Positions 16,228 to 25,900 of a DNA stretch of 27,020 nucleotides are shown here, one piece after another. Location: the NCBI GenBank assembly GCA_946534745.1, contig CAMNDA010000338.1, positions 1 through 27,020 on the forward strand, given 5' to 3'. Position 1 is the stretch's first letter. Every line of letters begins with the position of its first letter. Below the pieces are notes generated by a model. It was given only the letters and a program-made list of their open reading frames with translations, searched no databases and was not told the DNA's origin. The position numbers and the translations under genes are program-made. Origin of the DNA: an uncultured Verrucomicrobiota bacterium. Its GTDB lineage: Bacteria > Verrucomicrobiota > Kiritimatiellia > RFP12 > UBA3636.

Positions 16228-16901
16228 TGCCGCCCGTCTACACCAGAAACGGAAGGATCATCCTCCGCAACGGACTCCCGGTCGTCGGCGACTGCTGCTG
16301 CACGGAGGAGGACCGCAGGAAGCGCTGCGTGTACGCGGAAATCGAGGTCGCGGTCGCGTATTCTTCCGCGTCGATGTCGGGCTGCCTGGACACGGCGATT
16401 CCGCAGTCTCAGTCCGCCGCCGCCGCGTACGTCCGGAGCCGGTACGATTCTTCCCTTTCCTTCGACCCGCTTCCCGCCGGAGTCGCCGACACCGATCTTT
16501 CGGGGCGGGCGGACCCGTGCGAGGCGCCGGTCGCCACGTCCGCCCGGTGCGCGACGGGCGACGAGCGCCTGTCCATTTCGTTCGGGTCAGGACTCGTCAC
16601 GTACCGGGCGGTCGTGCGGAACCTCGGCCGGCTGCGGATTTCGTTCCGCTGCGGGCTTGCGGTCGCGTACGTCCGGTCCGGAAGGACTCCGTCCGGCGGA
16701 GTTGCGGACGAGCAGCATCAGTACGTGGCGGACGGCGTGGCGCCGTCACTCTCGGTCCCGTCCGCGTCCGGTTGCGTCGTCCGGCAGAGCCCGGCGTGGC
16801 CGGCAAGCTGGGACCCGCGGTTCAACGGTTCCTGCGGCGCTCCCGCGTATCTCGAAAACGACGGAGTGCTGGTTCTCGAACTGGAGGTGGCCCGGCCGTG
16901 A
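16227..16901 (+). CDS. Cys-rich hypothetical protein with N-terminal CCC motif, 224 aa
   Basis: TGATG overlap; MPPVYTRNGRIILRNGLPVVGDCCCTEEDRRKRC... Confidence 0.7.
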   Translation: MPPVYTRNGRIILRNGLPVVGDCCCTEEDRRKRCVYAEIEVAVAYSSASMSGCLDTAIPQSQSAAAAYVRSRYDSSLSFDPLPAGVADTDLSGRADPCEAPVATSARCATGDERLSISFGSGLVTYRAVVRNLGRLRISFRCGLAVAYVRSGRTPSGGVADEQHQYVADGVAPSLSVPSASGCVVRQSPAWPASWDPRFNGSCGAPAYLENDGVLVLELEVARP

Positions 16902-17254
16902 ACGACTGCCCCTGCAAGGACAAGGCGAAGCGCGCGACCGCGGCCGGCGACCCGAAGGGGACGCCGAGTCTCGCGTGCCTGCATTGCCTCGACATGCATC
17001 TGGCCTACGCGCTCGAGCTTTCCTACGAGCCGGCCGCGGCCGAGGAGTTTTCGGAGGAGCGCTTCCTGCTCGTCGGCACGCTGCGCGCCGCGCAGGATCA
17101 CGCGGATGCGCTCGGTCGCCGCGCCCTCGCGCAGCGCATCCGTTCCCTCCGGAAGTCCCTGGATGGGAAGACGTCGCTCGAAGCCGTTCCGAAGTTCGTC
17201 CGCGTCTACCTCGACGAGCGCAGAAACGAGAAACTGAACCGTTCCGACATCTAG
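16898..17254 (+). CDS. Small Cys/His protein (CPC...CLHC..H), possible metal binder, 118 aa
   Basis: GGAGG upstream and GTGA overlap; 'NDCPC', 'ACLHCLDMHLAYA', 'GTLRAAQDH'. Confidence 0.65.
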   Translation: MNDCPCKDKAKRATAAGDPKGTPSLACLHCLDMHLAYALELSYEPAAAEEFSEERFLLVGTLRAAQDHADALGRRALAQRIRSLRKSLDGKTSLEAVPKFVRVYLDERRNEKLNRSDI

Positions 17255-17255
17255 C

Positions 17256-17262
17256 AAAGGAG
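17256..17262 (+). promoter_or_regulatory. Ribosome-binding site (AAAGGAG)
   Basis: 6 nt before ATG 17269. Confidence 0.7.
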
Positions 17263-17268
17263 CACGAA

Positions 17269-17844
17269 ATGTCCATCATCGACGATTTGAAAGCCGCTTC
17301 CGGAGAGACGTCCGGAGCTCCCGGCGCCTCGGCAGTCCCGGCCGCCGGCGCCGCGCTTCCGCCCGCGCAGGGCGGACCGTCCTTCTCCGACACGGAGATG
17401 CGCACGCTCTCCGGCGGCGGCCGTCCGTCGCCCTACCGCGCCCCCGCCGCGAAGCCGGCGCAGGAGACCGCGCAGCCCTTCGACCTCGACGCGCTCCGCA
17501 AGGAGATCGACGCCGACCTCTCTTCCCTCGGAACACGCGAGGCGCTCGACGAAGCCATCTCCGGCCTCGGCGACCTTCCCGCCCCCGTCGAGGAGGAGCC
17601 GCCCGCCCCAGCCCCCGCGCAGCCGGCGGCGCAGACGCAGGATGCGCCGCAGACGGTGGACGCGGCGCGCATCGAAGCGAACCGCAAGAGGATTTCCCAG
17701 GCGTCCGTTTCGTCGCTCAAGCGCTTCCTCTCCGGCGGTCGCCCGACCGGCCGGCGCATCTCCGACGACGAGGCGTTCGGCGCGGAGGGCGCAGTCATCA
17801 TCGGCTCTCCAGATTCGATGCCGGGGCCGTCGCTCCCGTTTTAG
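17269..17844 (+). CDS. Pro/Ala-rich low-complexity protein, probable internal virion protein, 191 aa
   Basis: AAAGGAG RBS at 17256-17262; MSIIDDLKAASGE...; largely disordered composition; precedes two larger internal-protein-like genes. Confidence 0.7.
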   Translation: MSIIDDLKAASGETSGAPGASAVPAAGAALPPAQGGPSFSDTEMRTLSGGGRPSPYRAPAAKPAQETAQPFDLDALRKEIDADLSSLGTREALDEAISGLGDLPAPVEEEPPAPAPAQPAAQTQDAPQTVDAARIEANRKRISQASVSSLKRFLSGGRPTGRRISDDEAFGAEGAVIIGSPDSMPGPSLPF

Positions 17845-17868
17845 CACGACAAGACGAAAGGACAGAAG

Positions 17869-19977
17869 ATGGGCAACGAACTGGAAGACAAGACGGCCGA
17901 GCAGAACGACCTCTCCGCCCGCGTGGCGGAGGAGGCGAAGGGCTTTTCCGACCGCGTGAGCGGCGCCATCAAGGAGCGGAACGAGGCGGGCCTGCGCGGG
18001 AACGCCGCCTACATGGGCGCAGGCGTCGGGTTCTACAACGCCGTGCAGCAGTTCCGCACGTCGGACATGGGCGAGGCGGCGCAGCGAGACTTTGCCGACG
18101 CCGGCCAGCAGTTCGCCGACGCGTGGGCGGAGGCGCACGGCATGCAGCCCGGCCAGGTCAGGGCGCAGATGACGTTCGACCGCAACGGCGAACCGCACGT
18201 CCGGCTCTACCAGGGCGAGGACAATTTCCCGGTGAACTACTCCTACGAGAAGATGGAGGAGCACCTGCGGAAGAACGGCTACCTCGACGAGACCGACAAG
18301 GCCCTCAAGGGCCAGCTTGGGATCGCGGAGTCGGCGCCGGCTGCGCCCGAGCAGCAGGCGGCCGGAAAGCCGGCGAAGTATTCCGATCCGATCGGCGATC
18401 TCCTCGAATACGCCGGCAAGATGCCGCCGGGAGCCCGTGCGATGATCGTCGAGCGCGGGATCAAGCAGCTCGGCCTCGGCGACGAGGACGCGAACATGCT
18501 TCGTTCCGCGCTGTCGGGCGAGAACTTCTGGGAGACGCCGAAGGCGGCGGCCGGAAGCGGCGGCAAGGCGTCTTCCGGCGGCGGCGGTGGCGGAACCGCG
18601 GGCGACCTGCTCGGCGGAGACGCCGGCCCCGCGCCGACGGAAGAGGAAATGACGAACGCCGTGATGGGCGGCGAGTGGGGGAAGCACCTTTCGCAGCCAG
18701 CGGCAGGCGGCGAGCAGGGTAAGGGAAGCGGCGGTAGCGCGGACGATCTTCTTTCTGGAAAGAGCGGACAACCTCCGGCGCAGAATCCGGCCTCGACCAA
18801 TTCTTCTGCGCTGGAAGAGGCGGTCAACAAGGGTTTGCAGGCGATGGACGATTTCGTCGCCGGCAAGCGGACGCTCGACGGAAAGCCGGTCGAGACGCCG
18901 ACCGAAGAGCCGCCGAAGGGCGCGGCCGGCGAAGGCGCCGGAGCGGAGGGGGGCGCAGCGGCCGCCAAGCCGGACGAGAAGCCGGCCGAGCCGGAGCCCT
19001 ACATGGTCGGCCAGGCGAACCTTCGCGACGAGAAGCAGCTCGCGAAGGTCGAGGCGAACCTCAAGAAGCAGGGTTTCGTCGTGCGCGAGATCAACGGCGA
19101 ATACTACATGTGGCACCCAAAGGCGAAGGTCTGGATGGCGTCTGACGGGCACACCGTCGTCGAGCGGAACGGAACGTTCGTCGATTCCGGAACGGCGCCC
19201 GGCAAGCTTCAATACGAAACGGACGGCGCGTCGATTCTCAAGGCGAACGGTCCCGGCGGGCAGGGCGACGTGAAGGAGACGAAGCTGCGTCGCCAGGTTC
19301 GCGAGGATATTCCAGAGAACTTCCTCAAATACCTCGCGTTCAAGAACGGGGCGAACGAGGAGTTTCTCAATGAGAAATCCGGAACGAAGCGCACGGCGTA
19401 TTCCGGCGAGCGCGGCGTTCCGGAAGTCGCCACGCGAAAAGACAAGTACGGCAACGTCGTCGAGGTCGGAATCCGGCAGAACGGCGGGACCGGAATGTTC
19501 TTCGAACAGGACGAAGAGACGACGAACCGGGAGGAGGGCCGTATCCACGCGTTCGAACAGGGCGCGAACGGAAAGAACGGCCGCAGGTCCGTCGCCAGGC
19601 GATTCGATAATCTTGCCGCGGAATTCGAGAAGGGAATGGTGAAGAAGGAGGACGGAACGATCGACGCGGTGAAGTCTTCGAGGCGGGAGATCGAAATCCG
19701 CAAGGAGGCGTTCGAGCAGTTCGACAAACTGTCGCATGCGGACAAGATCAAAATGTACGACGAGCTCTCCGATTTCGGCCGGAAGCAGCTGGCGCAGGCG
19801 ATTCGTGACGAAATCGTCGGAAAGGTCGGGGAGAAGGCGCTCGCCGAGGCGAAGTCGGTCGACGATATCAGGAAGCTGTTCTCGGATGCGGGACTTTCCG
19901 TTCCGAATGAAAAGATCCTGAAGCGCTTCCAGAAGGCCGTCGACGGAGCGAAGCCCGCAGGGAAGTCGAAGTCCTAA
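17869..19977 (+). CDS. Probable internal virion (ejection) protein, 702 aa
   Basis: GAAAGGA RBS; Gly/Ala/Glu/Lys-rich with a disordered middle; position just before the giant gene. Confidence 0.7.
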   Translation: MGNELEDKTAEQNDLSARVAEEAKGFSDRVSGAIKERNEAGLRGNAAYMGAGVGFYNAVQQFRTSDMGEAAQRDFADAGQQFADAWAEAHGMQPGQVRAQMTFDRNGEPHVRLYQGEDNFPVNYSYEKMEEHLRKNGYLDETDKALKGQLGIAESAPAAPEQQAAGKPAKYSDPIGDLLEYAGKMPPGARAMIVERGIKQLGLGDEDANMLRSALSGENFWETPKAAAGSGGKASSGGGGGGTAGDLLGGDAGPAPTEEEMTNAVMGGEWGKHLSQPAAGGEQGKGSGGSADDLLSGKSGQPPAQNPASTNSSALEEAVNKGLQAMDDFVAGKRTLDGKPVETPTEEPPKGAAGEGAGAEGGAAAAKPDEKPAEPEPYMVGQANLRDEKQLAKVEANLKKQGFVVREINGEYYMWHPKAKVWMASDGHTVVERNGTFVDSGTAPGKLQYETDGASILKANGPGGQGDVKETKLRRQVREDIPENFLKYLAFKNGANEEFLNEKSGTKRTAYSGERGVPEVATRKDKYGNVVEVGIRQNGGTGMFFEQDEETTNREEGRIHAFEQGANGKNGRRSVARRFDNLAAEFEKGMVKKEDGTIDAVKSSRREIEIRKEAFEQFDKLSHADKIKMYDELSDFGRKQLAQAIRDEIVGKVGEKALAEAKSVDDIRKLFSDAGLSVPNEKILKRFQKAVDGAKPAGKSKS

Positions 19978-19991
19978 TCGGAGTTTTTGAC

Positions 19992-22900
19992 ATGTCAGCA
20001 CTCGACTACACTCTTCAAGCCGACGCCCGGACGGAAGAGGAGACGGCGGTTCCGCCCGTTCCTCCCGCTCCCGCGCAGCCGCAGCAGCAACCCGTCGAAG
20101 AACCTCCTGCTCCGACCGAGGAGGAAATGACGAACGCCCTTCTCGCCGACCCCCGGCCGGTCGAGAACACGAATCGCGATCTCAACGCGGAAGCCGACCG
20201 GACCGCCGGCAAGGCGGACTTCGATCGCGCGATGGCCGACGAGGCGAAGCGCCAGCGCGCCTTGCGCGAGCACGACCAGGCGCCAGCCGAGCGCCTCCTG
20301 CGCACGATTAGCCAGCGCGCCGAGGAAGACGCCGCGCGCTTGCATCGCCGTGAACTGGCGAAATCCGCGATGCAGGACGCGTTCGGGAAGATCTACGACT
20401 ACTCCGTCAAGGAGGGCGGCTTCCTTGCGCCCGCGCAGGACGGATGGAGCATCGGAAGGATGCGCCTGGAGGACATCCGGAACTACCTTTCCTCGTCGAT
20501 GGTGGACGACGATTCCGAGGAGGGCCGCGCGACGTTCGACTACGTGTCGCGCGCCGTCCTGAACCACGCCGGGCGGATGGGCCTGCTCAAGAAGACCGGC
20601 GACGAGACGCTCGGCGAGGACGAGGTCTTCTGGTCTCCGACCTACGGCGTCGTGTTCGGCAAGGGCGACCGTGACGCCGAGCGCTGGGTCGAGGACCGCG
20701 GGAGCTACATCGAGAACCTTCGCGGGAAGCTCGAAGCGATCGACTCGTGGGAGGGCGAGAAGGGCGCGTCCGATCCGGCGAATGGAATCAAGGGCGCGTC
20801 GATCCGCCAGATCAAGGGCTTCCTGAACGATCCGGCGTGGCGCAACCGCGGAGACCTCGACGCGCAGATCTTCTTCTCTGAGGCCGCGGCGGAGATCGAG
20901 AAGCGCTACGACGAGACGATGCAGAAGCGGTCCGTCGGCCGCGAACTGCTCGACTCGTTCGTGACCGGGTCGATGGATGCGGCGTGGTTCATGCCGGCGC
21001 GCGTCTACAAGTACCTGCGCTACATCGGCGCGGACGACCGCCACGATCCGAACGGCCGGTTCCTCCGCGAGATGCGGAAGATCAAGAACGAGGAGGACTA
21101 CCTCTCGGCCCGCAAGCCGCAGCGCGTCGCCGGATTGGAGGACATCCATCTTCGCGACGAGAACGGCGAGCTGCAGGCCGGTCGCGCCATCAAGGACTTC
21201 GGTTCGCTCGCCGCCACGAGCGCGGTGAACCTGCTTCCGCAGATCGCGCTGCAGATGGTCGGCGCCGGCGCGGTCGGAAAGACGGCGCAGTTCCTCACGA
21301 AGGGCGCGTCGCTCGCGGCGCGAGAGGCGGTCGCGAGTGCCGTTGGCAAGGCGGTGTCCTACGGCGGCTCTGCGCTCTTCAACGCGGGCGACGTGATCTC
21401 GCAACGCGTCGAGGAGGGTCTCGCCCGCGGCGATTCGGAGGTGTTCTCGGACTGGGACATTGTCCGGCTCACGCTCGGCTACACGGCGCTCGACACGGTG
21501 TCGCCGATCCGCCAGACGGCGAGCGAGGTGGCGCAGTCCGCCGTCCTCCGGTCCGGTCGCAGGACGGCCGGCCGCGTCACGCGCGAGGCGCTGCGCCGCG
21601 ACCTCGCGAAGCAGATGGACGAATGGATCCCGACCGGGAGGCAGATCGTCAGGAACTTCTTCAAGGAGGGCGGCCTCGAGGCGGCGAACGAAGCCGGGCA
21701 GCAGGGGCTTTCCTACCTCGACAATTGGATCAAGTACGGCGCGCCCGGGCACAAGAGCCTCGACGAGGCGGACTGGGACCTCGCCGCGTTCGCGCTCAAC
21801 ATGGCGAACCAGGGCTTCGCAGCGTTCTGGAGCGCGGCCGGCGGTTCCGTCGTTTCCGACGTGCAGAAGCGCCGCGACAATACGCGGAAGGCCGAGCAGG
21901 CGCAGAGCTGGATGTCGCACCACATGGCCGAGACGATCGCCCGTGACGTGCGCGACGCCGGCTTCGATCCCGACTTCCACAAGCTTGCGCCGCAGGAGCA
22001 GTATCTCGTGTTCCGTCTGTTCGGGCTTCGCGCGAGCGACCACAACGCCCGGATGGGCCTCGCCGGCGCAAAGCGGATGCTCGACTTCGCGGAGGGCCGC
22101 GAGGCGATCCCGGAGGGGATGGACGAAAAGGATCTCGCCGAGTTTAAGAAGCAGCTCGAAGACAAGGATGCGCTCCGCAAGTCCGTCGCCGACTGGCAGA
22201 AGGTTCTCGACGACGTGCACCGGCAGGAGCTCGGCGTGATGGACTACCTCGAAGGCCCGGCCCGCGCGTGGGCCCGCGCCTGGAGCGCGAAGGTCGTTTC
22301 GCTTCCCGAGGACGGAATCCCGTCGTTCGTGCAGTCTTCCCTTCGCGCGGAGGAGGCGGAGCGCTCCTTCAAGCGCGGCCGAGACATCCGCGAGGGCGCA
22401 GTCGAAGCCGGTGAAACCGGCGCGGCCGCGAGGATATCGACGTGGGGCGAGGACGAGAACCCGGAGTCCTCGCACCGGATGATGATCGAGGAGCAGCGCT
22501 CTCCGGACGGCAAGGACTTCGTGATCCGAGTCTGGAACGCCTACAACAAGGATCGGCTTCCGGAGGGCGTGCAGACCGAGTTCGAGATCGGGGAGGACGG
22601 CGCGACGGAGGACGAGGTTCGGGAGAAGGCGAAGGCCGCCGCCGTCGAGCTCACGCGCTTCTACGACTTCCTCGCGCAGCAGGACGAGCGGATGACGGCG
22701 GAAGCGTCGGCCATCCTCGACTCCATCGGACGCAAGGGGCAGACGATTCGCTGGGTCTCGACCAAAGCGGAGATCGAGCGGACCTTGCAGAAGCTCGGCG
22801 TTGCCGACCGGGAAACGCGCGACAACGTTCTCGGCCGGCTGATCGGGCGCGGGGATTCCGCGATCACGGTCGACCTCGGCGCCGGGCGTTCCGCGATCCT

Positions 22901-25900
22901 CGCCGTCCGCGAGCGCGCCGTGAACCGCGCGAACCTCGCGGCGACCTTGCAGCACGAGTCCTTCCACGCGGACCTCATCGCCAACGCGGAGAGGAACCGG
23001 ACGAACAAGGAGCTTCTCGCCGACATCGACCCGGACGGCAAGATCGGCGAACCGCCGGCAGAGCCGCCGGAAGGGGCGTCGCCGTCCGCCGTGAACGAGT
23101 ACAGGAGGAAGCGCGCGGCCTACGACGCCCGCGTCCGCAGGTGTCTCGACGTGGCGTTCCTCGGGCTCGACGTGGACAAGTCCGGCCGAACGGTCGACTG
23201 GACGACCGTGACGGACGAGCAGATCGAGGCGCGCGAGGAGGAATACGCCCGCGCGTCGGAGACGGTCGACGGCGTAGGGTCGAGCGGGACGCGTCCGTCC
23301 TACTTCCGGCCGATGCGCCGGATGCTCTACAACCGCTACGTTGCGAGGCATCCGGTCCTCGCCGCGGAGCTTCGTGGTTTTCTTGCCGACCGGTTCGGCA
23401 TCGCGGAAAGCGACGACGAGGCGGCGGCCGAGTTCGTGTCCATTGTCCACGAGGGCGCAGGCAGGACGGCCGCGAACGACATTTCCGGACCCGGCCGTCT
23501 GGAATACTCGGCGAAGACGTCCGAGGAGGTCTACAAGCTTCTGATGGGCGAGGACGCCGTCCCTCCAACGCGGGAGGAGCGCGAGCGCCGCCGCAAGGAG
23601 GAGAACGACCGGCTCGTCCGCGAGACGAACGAGCGGATGGCGGCCGAGCAGCAGGCCGAGGCCGAGGCGATTGCCCGATACGACGCGCAGCAGCGCGAGT
23701 CCGCGGCGGAGAAGGCCGAGGAGGCGCAGCGCCAGGACGAGGAGACCGACCTCCGCGCTCGTGCGGCCGCGCAGGACGCGGCGGAGAAGGCCGAGGAGCA
23801 GGCTCGCCAGAGGCACACCGAGCGCGAGAACGCCGCGGCGGTCGAGCGCGTCAAGGCGAAGCGCGCGGCCCGCAGGGAGCAGATGCGCCGGTCCCTGGAG
23901 GAGCGCACGTCCCGCGCGAAGTCCGACCGCGTGAACAAGATCTACTGGCGGTTCGAGGACTTCCTCGACAAATACCACCCCGACGTGATGGACGACGAGG
24001 CGTGGCAGAAGGACAACGCCGAGCAGCTCGCGCGCCTCGAGAAGGGGCTGCGCGAGAACAACCCGCAGATTGTCCTCGAAGCGACGGAGGCGCTCCGGAA
24101 GAAGCTCCGGGGCCGTCCGTCGCCCACGACCGAGGCGCGCGCGAGGGAGACCGCCGAGCGCGAGCAGGCGGAGGCGGACCGTCGCGAGCAGGAGGCGATC
24201 CGCCGCGAGAACGAGGCCGAGGAAGCCGGTCTCCGCGCCCTGGAGGAGCAGGAGGAGGCGCAGCGCCGGGACGAGGGCGCGGATGGCGAGAGGGCCGCGC
24301 AGGGCGCCGCCGAGGCCGAGGCGGCCGAGCACGCCGACAATCCGCTCGCCGTCGAGGCCGACCGCAAGGAGGCCGAGGCGGCACGGCTCGAAGCGATCGC
24401 GAAGGAGAAGGAGTCGAAGGCCAAGCGCGGCGGCAAGGACAAGGCGGCCGCCGAGAAGGCCCGCCGGCTCGCGGACCGCGCCCGCAAGGAGGCGAAGGCC
24501 GCCCGCGCCGCGCAGCTCGGCGAACGCACGACCTCCGCCTACTGGGCCAGCCGCCCGATCCTCGACCGCGAGGACGCCCGCGACCGCCGAACCGCCCGCC
24601 GCCGCGACGAGGCGCTACAGGCCGAATACGACCGGCTGATCGCCGCCGGAGCGTCCGAGGCGCAGGCCCGCCGACAGGCGAACATGGCCGTGACGCCAGC
24701 CCGGCTCAACTCGCGCAACGTCGCCGGCCGTCCGGCCGTGGTCGCGCAGACCCCCGGCCGCTTCCCGATCCACGAGGCGCTCGAAGGGCGGACGCTCTTC
24801 GGCGAGGTGCGCCCCGGCGACGAGGCGTGGGAGTACGTCTCCGACATGACTTCGCGCGACGCGCGCGAGGCCGGCCTCGCCGACCGGCTGCTCCCGAAAG
24901 AGCGCGGGAGCCGCGGGCTCGACTCCGTGGTCGAGGCCCTCGCGGAGAACTCGCCCGTCATCGCGGCCCGCTACGGAGAGGACGCTTCCGGCTCGAAGGC
25001 GGCGGAGCTCGTCGACGCGTTCCTCGCGGAGACGCGCGAGATCGACGAGCTCGTCGCCGATGGCGCGCTCTCCGAGCAGGAGCGCCATAACGAGGACGAG
25101 GAAATCGAGGCGAACCGCCGCCGGCTCGGCTTCTACGACGAGCGCTACGAGGGGATGGACGATCCGGAGCGCCTCGCCCACATCCGCGACGAGGTCGAGG
25201 CGCGCGTGAAGGGGATGGCCCCCGCGCTCCCTGCCGAGGTCGCGGAGGCGGCCGCGCAGGACAAGGCGGCGCTCGATGCGCAGGAGGAGCTTGAGGCCGA
25301 GTCGCCCGAGGCCGTGCAGGCCCGCCGCGACTCCGAGGCCGAGCGCGCGCAGCAGCGGTTCCAGGAGTCGCTCGTCGCGCAGCAGGAGGACGAGTTCTAC
25401 GGCGACGACTACCTCGCCGAGAGCGCTCCTCGCGTCCGCTCGCGCGGAGGCGAAGCCGATGCCGACGTCGAAGCCATTTCGGATCGGCTTGAATTCGAAT
25501 TGAGCCGGCTTCTCGACGACGAACAGGTGAAGAAGGACGTTTCCCAACTGGAAGCGGCCGCAAGGCGGAACATCAAATCCGGGTGGGACGATACGCCGAC
25601 AGAGGCGGAGGCGCGCGATCTTAAGAAACGCCTTGCCGCCGCGAACGACAAGGCGAAGGAGATGAAGAAGCTCTCGGATGAAAATCCGGGCTTTACAGGA
25701 GACTATTGGAGGCAGCAGGAGAAATACTGGCGCGACGAGGCGAAGAACCTGCGCGGCGATCTGAGAAAGCTCAAGGAGGAAGGGATTGGCGAAGACCGCG
25801 ACCAGGTGGACGTCTACACGAACGGCGACTTCCTTGATCTGGTTGAATCGCTTGCCGCCGGCGACGCGCGATCGTCAACGTGGTGGGATCCGTACTGGGA

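Noticed and set aside
23-17844. Long upstream extensions in the ORF track (156, 1307, 3824, 5877, 9427, 10485, 13987, 15003, 16657 starts)
   Set aside because: They overlap the preceding real genes and read as low-complexity shadow sequence. Starts were moved to coupled ATG/GTG codons or RBS-supported sites.
19960-19991. Rho-independent terminator before the giant gene (T run at 19984-19988)
   Set aside because: Only a weak, mismatched stem precedes the T run, and the next ATG follows within a few bases.
11432-24332. Very long minus-strand ORFs (11432-15136, 17251-20001, 19995-24332, and similar ones such as 7405-9096 and 9634-11355)
   Set aside because: They mirror strongly codon-biased GC-rich plus-strand genes, which suppresses antisense stops. 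The translations are Leu/Val/Arg/Gly-rich with no motifs or RBS.
17869-24520. Tape-measure protein call for the long Ala/Glu-rich ORFs
   Set aside because: No tail tube or assembly-chaperone frameshift genes precede them. The domain content and position fit internal virion/polyvalent proteins better.
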